DNA from: Pelomyxa schiedti
Lineage: Eukaryota; Protista; Evosea
DNA: 64,000 nucleotides
Reading direction: 5' to 3'
Assembly (NCBI GenBank): GCA_020536535.1
Contig: JAHLWZ010000664.1
Coordinates: 7,801 to 71,800 of the forward strand
Each line of letters starts with the position of its first letter. The first letter of the stretch is position 1. A program made the translations under genes and the position numbers. Positions 26,372 to 39,531 of the stretch are shown piece by piece. Under the pieces are notes generated by a model. It was not told where the DNA came from. It worked only from the letters and a program-made list of their open reading frames with translations, and made no database searches.

Positions 26372-27793
26372 ATGAAGAACCACGGGGCTACACCCTCGGC
26401 CGGATCTGCGTTACGGTCTTCATCCGGATCTCCATCTCTGTCTAAAGCCTCGTCACTGTTTAAACCAACCACCACAGCGTCATCCCAAGAAGCGACAACT
26501 ACGGCAGTGACGACTCCGAAACCAACAGCGACTGTAACTCCGAGTCTTGTGCCCCCGGGCGATGGTGCTGTTGTTGTTGCTGTTGGTGTTCACGCAGCGA
26601 CGCAGAGCGGCGTCGGCAGCGGGAGCGCGAGTGCGGCGGAGGACGTTGTGGCTGTGATGAAGCTGCCAGCGCCCGCGAGGATTGACAACGAAGAGGAGCT
26701 TAGGGAGCAACTGAGGACAAACGCATTGGACGCTATTAACCACAGACTGCCTGCTGCAATTCTGCAGTTACACAAGCTGTCGACCGTGCGTTTTGGGCTG
26801 GAAATTATCTCCCTTTTCTTTCAATGTGGAGTTCCCCCATTAATGGTGCATGTAGACTGACCCAAGACTATCCATGACTGTGGCGGAATTCGACAGGGTC
26901 CTGGCTTCTCGCCACCCGGACTTCTTTGCCGCATTACAGCAACCCTCAACAGCAGTAAAACCAACCGAAGAATGTGATGAAGGTACCCTTGCAGGGTCAA
27001 AACGAAAAAGAGGTAAAGACCCTTACTTGCACTGAATTTTCTTTATTTTATACTTCAAGTCCCTTTTTTTTTTCTGTGAGTTCTAATGATGTATTATTGA
27101 GAGGAACAGAAGAAAGTAAGCTCGGATTGTGTACTGCCACAACCTCCAGTATTCTCGCCTTCTTTTGTTGTTGGTATTTTATTTACTGTTCCTAAGGAGA
27201 TAATACAAATGCATACGCTGCTGAAAGAACTCCTTCTTGGTGTAGTAGAACTCATGCAGGTACTTGCTCTGCCCTGCCCTCCCTGCCTGCCCAATTTATT
27301 GTTGGCTCACGATTACCGAACAACCTAGGCAATTAAGCTCTGGGTCAGATTGAATGTACCAAGGATCGAGGATGGCAACAACTTTGGTGTTGGTATACAA
27401 GAAGAAACCATTGCTGAAGTGAAGCGAGCTGAAGACCATGCCTGGGGTGCAGGGGATTCCTTCCTTGATTATCACCTCATCAGGGCCAAGATGGTTACAA
27501 AGGTTTGTTGTAACTAACCAACACTGACCGCGGTAGCTTTTGATTTCTTACTTTCATACAGTGTGCCAAGTCTCCTGGCACTGTAGAATTCCGGCGAGTA
27601 CTTCTTGAACACGATAGAAAGGAGTGGACGAACATTCGGTTTTTAATCACTGAAACAAGGTTATTCCAATTCGCTCCATTGTGTAACTAACCCCTGTAGG
27701 AACAACTGTGCCGTGGTACAAGACATGATTGTGAAAAACATGGAGAAAATCCAGGCACCAAGGCAAAGTTCTCACATGGAGAGCCTATTTTGA
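26372..27793 (+). CDS. Proteasome activator PA28/REG (11S) subunit
   Basis: IKLWVRLNVPRIEDGNNFGVGIQEE activation-loop region; DMIVKNMEKIQAPR. Confidence 0.93.
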
Positions 27794-27906
27794 GCCCAGT
27801 TGTTCATGAGTAGAAATTCAACAACGTTGTTTGCTAGCTCATACTGTTGCGTTCGTTGTTTCCTGCGTTATCATGCAAGCCTGAGGGTTTTCAAATTTTG
27901 AGTACA

Positions 27907-28746
27907 ATGAAACTGAGAGTGTCGTCGGTGCCTCCGTCGGCCGGATGCTCCAAGGCCACGAAGCAGCAGATGCCCCATGGACCACTACATCAGCCACCCG
28001 GGGGTGCGTGCACCAAGTCGCCCGTCGTCATCCGCGACTCGGAGGAGGACGAGCGAGCACGACCGCAAGTAATGTGCAAGAAGGAATACGGCACTACGCC
28101 CATCGGCACGTCACGGAGCGGCGAGCCTGTTGTTGGGTTTGCTGTGCTCACAAACGGCAACGTTGTGCTCACGACGCGAGGCGGGGGCGAGTTCGTCGCA
28201 ACGAGGGAGGACGTCGCGGCGCTGCGGCCTGAGTTCTGCCTGAACAACTACATCGACTCGTGTAGAATTGCAATTGCATTGAACAAGTTGTATGGCGACA
28301 TTGACCTCCTGGGCACTGGGCTGCTCATAATGAGAGACTTAAACGTTATCATGGAACTGATCTTTTGGGGCCATAGAGCTGTTTCTCTTCTGCCAAGAAC
28401 AAGTACCACACCAAAGGTCTTTCTTTTCTGTTTATAGCTATAACTAACACACACAGACTTGGCCGAGAGATAGAAACTCATTCTATGGTGCCACAATATC
28501 ACTGCACCCGCATGACCCGGAGTTCTGTGTCATTTTTGGGGAGTCTTGGCATAATCGCCATGTGTTCTTTTCTGAGTTTCCAGTAAGAATTTGCTCACAA
28601 AAGAATTTCTTCATCTAACTGACACAACGCAAAAAGGGACACGGTAAGGCCACAGACGAGGTACACCTACAGGTAACATTTACATTTCCAAGCATGAGAG
28701 AGCGAGATGTGGCAATTGAGTTCTTAGTTACAAACGGTGCCCTAAT
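27907..28746 (+). CDS. Hypothetical protein (spliced; 3' end uncertain)
   Basis: GC-rich coding-like first exon of ~170 codons followed by short exons. No family recognised. Confidence 0.5.
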
Positions 28747-28789
28747 TGTCTGTACATAAGGCCAAAACAATAAATCCTCAAATCATTCG

Positions 28790-29500
28790 TTATTTTCTCA
28801 AAATTCTAAACATTCCCATCACTGTCGCCGTCGAAACGAATGTAAGTAGGGCTGACAAAAATAATGACACGCCACTCGCTTGTAATTCAGGGAGGGCTGT
28901 TGTTACGACAACTAGCCCGACGGTGGCAGCAAATGGGTTGACTGATATCCATACATCAGCAATAAAGAAGCCCAGCAGCAGAACCAACACAATCCATAGG
29001 ATCATTTCCGCTACTGAAGAGAAGATCTACAAACAAGTGAGCAAAAAATCAAAATGGACCTCTCGTACCCTTATTGCATTCCATGTAACTGTTCGGTCAC
29101 GGTTTGGTGTCAAGCTACGTACGAGGTTGACAAAAAGCCTCATAAGGTACAACACGCAAACTATGACGACAGTAATCATATGCACAAAAAAAAATAAGCA
29201 TGGAGCACTACCTAAAAAAAATGAGTCTTGATTGAAGATTGTACAAGTTTTTACCATTTGAGGTAACAACATCATATGTATTCACCCCGGATTGAATGGA
29301 GACACAGCTGTCCAAAATGAGCAGGGAACGCAGTATCAACCACGAGCAAAGTTTTCCATCCACCGATGCACGATGAGCAGGCATCAATACAGCGGTATGG
29401 GTGTGCAAACCATCAACAAGTGTTACTTTGTGTATGTAACTCTAAAGGTAAACATGACATTGATACCGGTGGTAGTCGCCATTGAAATCGTCGAACTTCC
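28790..29500 (-). CDS. Hypothetical multi-pass membrane protein (start uncertain)
   Basis: Hydrophobic exon ORFs ILWIVLVLLLGFFIADVW.. and FFFVHMITVVIVCVLYLM.. Confidence 0.45.
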
Positions 29501-30114
29501 TAATGCTTCAAGTTTTCGAAAACTATGGTTAAATGCAATTAAAGTGGTATTATTAATCACTACTCAGTGCCTACTAGTGAAAGCGAAATAGTGACGATCT
29601 AAAAATCATGAGGTGCGCGATGTTTTGGACAACGCAAAAAAAATTTGGGTTCGACCTTAGTGGATACAACGCAGTAAATGTGCAGACCAGAACACACTCC
29701 ACCAAGTGCCATTATGGGTGCACTCGAACCTGCGAGCGTCGGCGTCGTTCGTAGGTGACCACCAGATCAGTCATTGCTTCTTTTTAGTTGTACCTTGATC
29801 AAATCCAGGGTAGGGAAATTCCCCTGTTTGAACGCTCGAATTAAAAAAATTTTTGTTCCCCCGGCTCGGTTAAGCACCTGCTGCTCCAGGCCGTCAGTNN
29901 NNNNNNNNNNNNNNNNNNNNNNNNNNNNNNNNNNNNNNNNNNNNNNNNNNNNNNNNNNNNNNNNNNNNNNNNNNNNNNNNNNNNNNNNNNNNNNNNNNTT
30001 CTTTTTAGTTGTACCTTGATCAAATCCAGGGTAGGGAAATTCCCCTGTTTGAACGCTCGAATTAAAAAAATTTTTGTTCCCCCGGCTCGGTTAAGCACCT
30101 GCTGCTCCAGGCCG

Positions 30115-33100
30115 TCAGTAGGGCCATTTCCAGGAGCTGACCTCAGGCATATCAATTCCAAACTGGGTAACATATAACTTGTGTTCAATCAACTTGTCCT
30201 TAAGTGACTCCTGTTGGGATTTTTAAGTGTGTTAGTACATCCAAAAGTTTAAATACTATTGTACCTTGACGTGAGCAGCATTTGGTAGACCAGGGACTCT
30301 GTCAATGACATCCATTGCCAGTGTGAACCGGTCTATCTGGTTCAGCACACACATATCAAATGGTGTTGTGGTAGTGCCCTCCTCTTTGTATCCCCTCACG
30401 TGGACATTATCGTGGTTGCGGCGGCGGTATATGAGCCTGTGTATGAGCCATGGGTAGCCGTGGAACACAAACATGACCGGCTTGTTGTTGGTGAACAGGA
30501 GATCATAATCCTTGTCAGAAATTCCATGCGGATGTTCAGCTGCGCTTTGTTAGTTCCGGAACAGTTTAAATAAGGTTTACGGTGTTTAATGTGCGAGTTG
30601 CAAAATTATTAGAGCAGCTCCAGGATATTGTAAATCGGGGGAGAATAAATTACATGGGTGCTGGATGGCCATGAGGTCTACAATATTGACGAATCGTATG
30701 TGGAGAGTAGGGAAGGCCTTCCTCAGGATATCAACAGCCGCAAGTGCCTCAAGAGTGGGTACATCGCCACAACAGACCACTACAACGTCCGGTTCCACAC
30801 CCTGTGGGTAGAATTTAAGTTAAAAAATAAGAAGAGGCTTATAAACCTGGTCATTAGAGGCCCACTCCCAGATTCCCAGTCCTTTGGTGCAATGTTTCTC
30901 AGCTGATGGCATATCCAAGAACTGCAGGGCTGGCTGCTTTCCGGCCACAATTACGTTCACATAGTGCCTGACCAGTGTTGGTAATGCTGAAGGAAGAATT
31001 CGGGGATATATTACTTGGAGCGCAGGCAATGATCAACGGAGTTCAAGAGACAGTTAGCATCAGGAGGCAGGTAAATCCTGATTACTTCCGACTTCTTGTT
31101 GACAACGTGATCAATGAAACCGGGATCTTGGTGGCTGAACCCATTGTGGTCCTGATAATGATGAATTTTATTTTTTCGGATACCAAAAAACTCTTTAGAA
31201 TACCTGGCGCCAGACATGGGAAGTAAGGAGATAGTTCATGGAGGGGATAGGTCGGCGCCATGGAATGTGGCGAGTTGTCTTGAGCCACTTGGCATGCTGA
31301 TTGAACATAGAATCAATCAAATGGATGAACGCCTCATAGCAAGAGAAGAACCCATGTCGGCCGGTCAACAGATATCCTGACAAAGATGAGGGGAAAGGAG
31401 TTGAAAGACAACAAACCTTCCAACCATCCCTCAATTGTGTGTTCACTCAGAATTTCCATCACTCTTCCGTCACAGGCAAGGTTGTCATCAGAAGGGATAC
31501 TCTCAGCCATCCAGGTACGTTTGCTTTCCTCGAATACTGCTTGCAATCTGTTTGACGCTGTCTCATCAGGTCCAAACACTCGGAAGTTGGCCTGGGCAGC
31601 ATTCATGTGCATTACATCTCTGAGGAACTTGCCAGAGACAGCAGTGGATTCCACCTCCAAAGTTCCTGGGAGAGCCATTTCAGAGGCGAATACAAGTCTA
31701 GAAGAACCAACCAGGCTTCACAACAGGAACGGCGTAGGCTCGGAAGTCGGGCATCCTCAAATCAACAGTCAACTTTCCACCATTAGCGTGTGGATTGTGG
31801 CCCATTCGACGGTCACCACTGAGATAATAATGAGAAAGAAATGTGTGAGATTCATATTCTTACGTGGGAGCAAGAGTTTGTAGCTCGGCACGAAGCTTGC
31901 CAGTCTCATCAAAGAGCTCCTGTGGTCGGTATGATTTCATCCAGTCCTGTTAATTTTAGATTAATTTTAATGGTAAGATGGAAGATAGCACTCACCTCGA
32001 GCACTTTAAGGTGGGCCGGGTTTGCTTGGATGTCAGCAACAGGTACTTGATGTGCCCTCCAGCTATCTTCCACTCGTTTTCCTGTATTTCTGCGTTAGAA
32101 TCATCGTCGCTAAGGATTAGCCGACAACCATCAACCACTTTGGGTCCAGTCCAACCCTTAGGTGTCTTCATGATAATCATTGGCCACTAAATTGCAAAGA
32201 AAAGTGAGATAAAATTACAAGCTATGATCACTATGAACCTGGGGTCTCGCAGTATTTCCTGCTTTTGCTGCTGCCTTGATTGCTTTGATTTCAGCAATAA
32301 TGACATCAAGGGTGGCGGCCATAAATTGATGCACCTGAGCAGGATCGTTTCTTTTCCAAAGTAAGCGTATTATAAAAAGGAAAACTTGGGACATACCCTT
32401 CAACCCAATAAGGTTTGTAGCCATAGCCAACAAATAAGCTGTTTAATTCGCTCTCGGGAAGGCGGGCCAGCACAGTGGGGTTGGCAATCTTGTAGCCATT
32501 CAAGTGAAGGATTGGTAGAACACAACCTAACAAGGTAAGCTCACCAAGAAAGGATTGTCTGAAAGGCATACCATCTCTAACAGGGTGCAAGAATTTGTTT
32601 GAGTGCCATGAGGCTGCAAGCGGGCCAGATTCAGCCTCACCATCTCCTACAACACATGCCACAATCAAATCTGGATTATCGAAAGCAGCACCATAAGCAT
32701 GTGATACAGCGTAGCTAGTACGAGTTAAGAAATTAGTGGAAAAGGAAGAATTATTACCCCAGTTCTCCGCCCTCGTGAATAGAGCCAGGGACTTCAGGAG
32801 CAGCGTGGGATGGAATTCCTCCTGGAAATGAGAACTGCTTGAATAAACGTTGAAGTCCTGCTTTGTCCTGAGAAACGGAGGGGTAGTAGCTGCTGTAAGT
32901 TCCCTCAAGGTATCTAAAGCGAGAAAATTGAGTCAAGTGTTCCCTTTTAGTATCGTTACTCACGCATTTGCAACCATGGCTGGACCACCGTGACCAGGAC
33001 CGCAGATGTAGATCATACTGAGGTCATCTCGTTTGATGATTCTGTTGAGATGAGCGTATATGAAGTTCAAACCAGGTGTTGTTCCCCAATGTCCCAACAG

Positions 33101-33475
33101 CCTAATGCAATTATCAGCATTAAAGACCCGAATTGATAGCTAGCTAAAAATATATTTCCGTAGAGCGAGAAAAAGGGGAGAACCTTGGCTTCACATGCTC
33201 TTTTGCAAGTGGTTGTTCCAATAAGGGGTTATCTAGTAGGTATATCTGGCCAACAGCCAAGTAGTTTGCAGCACGCCAATATGCATCAATGAGCCTGAGC
33301 TCAGCATCACTAAGTGGTGTCCCTGGTACTGTGCACTATATTCCAGTGAATATTAAGAATATTGCAAGAGAATTTATTAAATCAACGATAGGACGAAACA
33401 GAAGGAATTGCATTCCAAAGGCTTAAAGAAAGAGAACAAAGAAATTAAGTTTATGAGCACCTTGTTTGTTATCAT
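30115..33475 (-). CDS. xfp: Xylulose-5-P/fructose-6-P phosphoketolase (XFP), many introns
   Basis: [124 protein letters not shown]; ends [10 protein letters not shown]. Confidence 0.96.
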
Positions 33476-33853
33476 GGTTGCCAACCAATTGGTTTTATTA
33501 TTTATTTGTTGCGGTTTTGTCTTCGCTGTTTGAAGGGGTACCAAAACCAAATTTCTGTCATTTTTCTTAGACGAAAGGCGGGGAGATCTTCGTCTGAGAG
33601 GCTCTGCCTCTGAGGTACGTGGACAATTGAGTGTCAATCCCTCAAGTGTTTGTTGTTCTCTCAAACTGAAGTTCAGTTCTCAGACTCGGGACTTTCGTTT
33701 TCTCGGATTGTGCCGGTTATCAGAAAGCCCGAACAAACGAGAAAAAAGGGGTGGTGTGTTGTGATAATCATCAAGCAGGGGAACGTGTGTCGTGAATATA
33801 CACACCCATCATTAGAAACCAGCCTGACGTAGACCTGTTAGTTACTTAGTGAA

Positions 33854-35707
33854 ATGCTCGGCAAAAAAAAAGGTGCTACGACACGCCCACTTGGAATTGG
33901 TTTTTTGTTTTTGACCTTTTTTTGTTGGATTTGAACTGGTTCGTTTTGGTTTTTTGTCTATAATGGCATTTTGTTGAATTGCTAAAAACAAACAGACAAG
34001 ACAAAAAAAAGTGCCGCGGCTGAGGTAGTTCTCCTACTTCCTATTGGTGGGTTTTTTTTAACTTAAATTTAAAAGACAGCAGGTTTCTATGGCTTCATAT
34101 TAATTATATTCTTTCTGAATTGTATTTCTTTCCCTCTATGGACAGATGCTGCCCATGAAACTACACCGTCAACACCAACTCACACATCAAGCACAAGCAC
34201 TAGCGCGAGCAGCACAGTTAAAAGTCCGACTGCCCTATCCGCCAGCAATAAGTCCTCAAGCAGCCCGGCTATCAACCCTACGGGAAGTATAACAACTTCT
34301 ACAACATCCACCTCGAAACCAAAGGAGAAGAAAGGAGGGTTATTTAGAATGTCTGTAAAGAAGCCGCAACCACCTGTTTCTACTCCTCCACCAGCAGCTG
34401 AAGTATGCTTGCACAACTCCAATACTTATTGTCTCATTTAATCTATAGCCACCTCCCCCTGCCATTGACGTTGCAGTGTGTTTGATTTTATTTTAACTTT
34501 TTTCCTCTATTTACACCCTCCAGGATTTGTTGGCAGGCTTCAGTGGGGCATCCTACCCTCCAAAGGGGTATTGGACTGTACTCGATAAAGACATGTACTT
34601 CCATCACACTTTTGTACTGCTCTCATTCCATTTTTTAAAATTACAGACCACCCAATCCTCAATTGCAAGGTTTTTATTTTGGAGTGTTCCTTTGAAAGGT
34701 AAAACCTGCATAGTTTTTCAAATACCACTTGAGGAACTGGCGGCAAGGAAAGATTCCGTGAAGGGCATTCCGGCAGTGATAGAGCATTGCTTCCTGCATC
34801 TCGAAAATTGTGTGCACTTTTTACTCCTTTGCATGTCACCCATATGACTCAGCCGGTCTGGGAGTAGAAGGAATTTTCAGAGTTGCTGGACGACCACACC
34901 TGATAACTGAACTACATGTGAAATTCAATGCTGCAGAAGGTATTGCAGTTTCCCAACAATGGTTAATAGCTTGTTAAGGCGTTGATTTATCGGAGTTCAG
35001 TACACACGATGTTTCCACAATCCTGAAAAAGTAATGGCCTTTCCCTGCGCTGTATGCTGACACTCCCCTTCAGATTCTTTGTTGAACTACCGGAATCCCC
35101 CATCCCGATGGCAATCTTGGAACCTGTTCCCGTACCTACGAACCCTGGTTTCGTCTTTGTCTTTCAGATGTTCAGTACCAATATTCTTATCCAATAGAAG
35201 AGGAAGCTGCTTCTGTAAAACTTCTTCGAGAAGCAGTTCGCACTCTACCGGACTATGCCTATCAACTCCTAAAGAGGCTATTCCTCATACTGCAAAATAC
35301 AGCTGCCCTCGAGGAACAAAATAAAATGAGTGCCGATAACTTGTGCAGACTCTTTGGTGACTTTTCACAATAATACAAAAAAAAACCTCCAGAACACCCC
35401 AAAATAAACTTCCGCATAATCGCATAATCTATTGCAATCCTAATCTAAAATTGCCGGCTCCGGCCCCACCCGCACCCCATCTCCATAGTACCCCTATACA
35501 TGTAGTAGCATGGACACTTACCTTCAACAACACAAACCAGGACCCCTTGTTTGCCGTGCGGACACAGCCAACGCCACGCTATTGACACCCAAACACTTGG
35601 CTATGATTGACAACATCAACCAGCTTACAAAGGTGATGATTGTGAATGCCTCGGAGGTGTTCAAGCACAGACACCCTCACCGCTCTCACCATGATGACGA
35701 TTCATAA
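33854..35707 (+). CDS. RhoGAP-domain protein (start approximate)
   Basis: IPAVIEHC, GLGVEGIFRVAG (arginine finger), HDVSTILK, ELPESPI, NKMSADNL..F/GPLV. Confidence 0.88.
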
Positions 35708-35773
35708 CCACCACTTACAGAACTGTATCCATTGATATTCAAAAAACCAAACATTCACCTCCTCAAAAAATAG

Positions 35774-35845
35774 TGGCCCCGCTCAGAATCGAACTGAGAT
35801 CAAGAGAGCCAAAATCTCCCATACTAACCATTATACTACGGAGCC
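35774..35845 (-). tRNA. tRNA-Gln(UUG)
   Basis: Minus strand GGCTCCGTAGTATAATGGTTAGTAT-GGAGA-TTTTGGC-TCTCT..GTTCGATTC..CGGGGCCA folds as a cloverleaf. Confidence 0.92.
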
Positions 35846-35947
35846 TCACAACTCTTGCCTCGTGGAATCGGACTGGTTTGTACAACAGAACAAAAATTCC
35901 GAGGAGAAGGAGGATATTGAATGAGACCGGACGTAAATAATTGTTGT

Positions 35948-36029
35948 GCAGGTATGGCCGAGAGGTCTAAGGCGGCTGATTTAAGCTCAGCTATCGAAAG
36001 ATGCGTGGGTTCGAACCCCACTGCCTGCA
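35948..36029 (+). tRNA. tRNA-Leu(UAA)
   Basis: GCAGGTATGGCCGAGAGGTCTAAGG, anticodon arm GCTGA-TTTAAGC-TCAGC, long variable arm, GGTTCGAACCC, poly-T downstream. Confidence 0.95.
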
Positions 36030-36069
36030 AATTTTTTTTTTTTAACGAGAATGGGCTGGTGGTTTGTCC

Positions 36070-36175
36070 TTTCATTTTCAAGAGTTGGAGAATGGCACCA
36101 AGGAGTAGAGAGATGTTTCTGGAAGTCATGTACGACACTTCAATATCTGCATCAAATCCATTTATTTTTTCAAGA
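36070..36175 (-). pseudogene. Degenerate 3' fragment of the small-GTPase gene
   Basis: Translates NGFDADIEVSYMTSRNISLLLGAILQLL, matching NGFDAFIEVSAMTSRNIPQLRWAILQLF at 52440-52530. Confidence 0.75.
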
Positions 36176-36287
36176 AAGCAAGTTGCCACAAGCTGCTACT
36201 TGGCACAATTTACCTAACGTTTAACGTTTAGGCTTGCCCAAAGAATGAACAACAATAAAAAAACTCCAAGTAAACGCAAACGCAACC

Positions 36288-37911
36288 ATGCACTCAGACG
36301 ACGAGGACTACACTCCCTCAGCTCCAACAACAACAACAACCAACTCCGCCCCACCCCCTACTGCATCAACGACCACCACCTCCACTTCCACTCCCCAACG
36401 TCGGCAGCCTCTGTCGCCCCCCAAACCGCAATCCCTTGGCACCAAGCCCATACCCCACAACCACGGCGGCGGCAGCAGCAGTGATAGCGACGAAGAGAGC
36501 GCGACCGATGAAGATGACGGCGACGACGACGATGGTGATGAGGAGGAGGAGGATGTGGATGATGATGAGGATGATGATGATGATGATGAGGGGCCTGTGA
36601 CGCTGAGGAAGTCGAGCACAGGGGGCGTGGTTTGTGCTCGCGACGACGTGGTGAAAACACCCCCAAAAAAGCGCACCAAGAAGGACTGGTGTGAGTACAA
36701 GGACTGGAGAGTCGAAGGGACGCAAGTTGCCACGAAGGGACGCGACAAGTTCTTTGCCAGTTACACTCTGACGCCTCCATCTGGTGCTAAGAATAGAGCC
36801 TCTATTGTTCTTCAGCCGGGAAATATTGTGGCTGTGTGGGGGAATCCAGCCCCTCTGGTCATTGAGGCTCTGGTTAAGCAAATTACAGGCAGCAACAAGT
36901 TCACGTTCTTTTGCAGGAAGGCCAATACAAGTATCTCCATCCACTTCACTGTTCTCAATTCTGACCATAATTAATAAAAACCACTCAAAAAGGCATTGGG
37001 AAACTGGAGAGCTTCGTCCACCCAAACAGCCGTGCTCAGGAACGAAGAATAAGCACAAGGTTAGTGGCTTCTACATCCATTTATTCACCCCACTTACTCT
37101 CCTCAGATCTCGTCAAAGGAGCTTGCGATTTGGCACAGGTGATATTATTAAAATCTTTAATTCCAAGCCGGAGCCAGGCCACAGCACAGCAAAATACCTT
37201 GAGAGAACCTTTCCAAAGGGAAGGTTGGATTCGGCTGTACATATGGTGGCACAGAAGCGGCCGCCTCCTCCTAGTCCCACCTCTTCCGAGCCGGTGTCAC
37301 CCCCTGCACCAAAGAAACCAAATGTTAGTACCACACCTGCGGCAGCAAGCAAGCAAGGCTCCCCGTTATCTTCCACTACTTCCAAAAAAACCCCCTCCTC
37401 AGAGTCACCGCGGAACACCGCTTCTTCTTCAGTACCGGGACCATCAGCAGGCACATCTCCATCTCATAGGCCACCTCAACGTTCCGCGGAGCTGGTCCCA
37501 GAAGACATGTTGGTTCTCTCTGGTCAGTATTCTTATTTCCTGATGACCAAGTTCTCATTTTCCACAGGAAACGCGGCTCACTTACGCAAGAACTCTGAAT
37601 CCCAAGTTGCACTTGCACAGGGGAACGTGAACCAAGTATGAGAATTACTATTACCATTTATCAACTCTTGAATTGACCTTCTCCTCCAGCTGTTTTCCAT
37701 GATCAGAGATGAAATTCAAGATAAACTTCTTGAGGGGCAGCAGCGAATGCAACAACAAATGATAGACGCCCAGAAAGAAATGCAACAGCAAATGATAAAG
37801 GCGCAGAAGGCAATGCACAAACGAATGACCCAGTCGCAGGAACATATCACAGCTCTAATAATAAAGGTGCTGGAACACAGGGACACCAGCAGTACTGACA
37901 ATTCGCCATAA
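36288..37911 (+). CDS. Hypothetical, probably nuclear protein: acidic tract, NLS-like motifs, possible BAH-like region, Q/M-rich coiled coil
   Basis: D/E run, PPKKRTKK, FFASYTL..LQPGNIVAVW, QQRMQQQM repeats; several short introns. Confidence 0.65.
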
Positions 37912-38014
37912 AAAAAAAAAAGTTTCCAGATCACCGGAAGCTCCTCCTATTTCCCAGGGTGTTATCACACACAGATTTTTTCTGCTAACGGCGTTCGGAA
38001 TTGCACCGGTTTCA

Positions 38015-39429
38015 ATGGCGGCGTCTAGTGTGTCGACTAGTAGTACCACGACGACATCGACGACTGATCATGGTGCTGCTGTAGCTACTACTACTGGTTG
38101 GTTTGGTTGGCATGTTTCTCCTCAAACGAACTAAATTATGTCTCTTTTTTTTTTGGTTGTTAGATGATGAGAATATATTGATGCAGGGGTATTTGTCTAT
38201 GAAAGTGAGCAAGGGGAAGCGGTTCAGACCTTTTTTCGCGGTAGTTTACGGAGGTACCATGTTCTACTACAAGGTATTGACCTACTAAGAACAATATGTA
38301 TAATCTGACTATTATCTTTCTTTAAAAGAACGAATTGGATGTGGTACCAGCAGGGTCAGCTAACCTTGGGGGTTGTGAGGTTGCCTTGTCACCAGATGAG
38401 CCAAAGCAGAAAAATCTGTTCAAAATCACCTCTCCGACAGCTACACTTTTTGCTTCTGCAAGGTTTGGGATTCTTAATTTTGTATCACTAATACATAAAA
38501 ATGAAGCAAACCTGAAAAACGGGATGCTTGGATTGAAGCTGTTAGACAAGGGATTACCCTCCCTGCACATGCGGCTCCACCTAAGGACTATGTTCCGGCT
38601 GAAAAGAAGTCGATTGGATTCAGGGTGAGAACTGGAAGTTCGCGTTTCCCTATCTGATATTGTTACAGGCAAAAAAAACCCTTGGAAGCAAAATTGTTGG
38701 TTCCAGGCTGGGCAAGCAGAGCCTCGAATCGTTTGTATTAAATGACCATGTAAGGTTGTCTCGGCACTCAATTCTTTCTCTGTTGTTCTCTAATTACTTT
38801 CAAAGGTCACTAATCAGAGCATTACGAAAAATTGTAGAAGCTGAATCTAGTAAGGAATCCGCCGATTTCATTGAGAAATCGATCATCAAACTGGTGATGA
38901 AAGTATACTTTGAGGTGCCATTGTGCATTGAAAAGCCAGAATGCACTGATGTAATATAGTGGTCCAGAAAAACCATATCAACTGAAGATCTCATGCAAAT
39001 CGACAGACCCTTAAGAGAAGCATTCAACCTCATTGATAAAATGTACAGAACTTCCAGCCGGAAGAAAGTACTGCAATTTCTCCTGAAAATGATCTTTATA
39101 TGAACAATTAATTCCTCAAGGCCGCACTCATGAAAGAGAATTTCTTGCGAATAGAACTTTGCTTTGGAGAAGTATTCCGCATGCTTGGTGACCTCATGCG
39201 GCCCCACCTAAGGCCTGTAATTCTCCTTCAAACACGCGAATTAATTCCAGTTTTCAGACCGGTGAACATGATGATGATGCAACAAGTAGTTGACATCATC
39301 GGGTCTGCCTCTTTCCTTATGAGGGTTTGGGACCTAAACAGGGAGGATACAACGGGCCACTTTGACGAAAATATGTTTGCCCTTGTAAATGCTATGACCT
39401 CCTACACACAAATTGAATTCCACCCTTAG
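38015..39429 (+). CDS. PH domain plus TNFAIP8/TIPE (DUF758)-like protein
   Basis: PH: MQGYLSMK..RPFFAVVYGGTMFYYK..FKITSP..RDAWIEAV. TIPE-like: AKKTLGSKIV..SKESADFIEKSIIKLVMKV. Confidence 0.7.
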
Positions 39430-39531
39430 CTCAACAACCTCAACTCCCCTGTGAAAAGAAAAGCGAAAAGAGAATCCAAACAAAACATTGCATGCTCTTT
39501 TTATTTTAATTCGAGAAAGCATGCAGTCCAA

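Noticed and set aside
29779-30118. ~120-bp direct repeat flanking an N gap
   Set aside because: Exact duplication on both sides of a 100-N gap is a typical scaffolding artefact.
36211-36233. Short imperfect palindrome cctaacgtttaacgtttagg (and hairpin ttcaccgaaggtgaa near 54747) as transposon ends
   Set aside because: No partner terminus, target-site duplication or transposase found.
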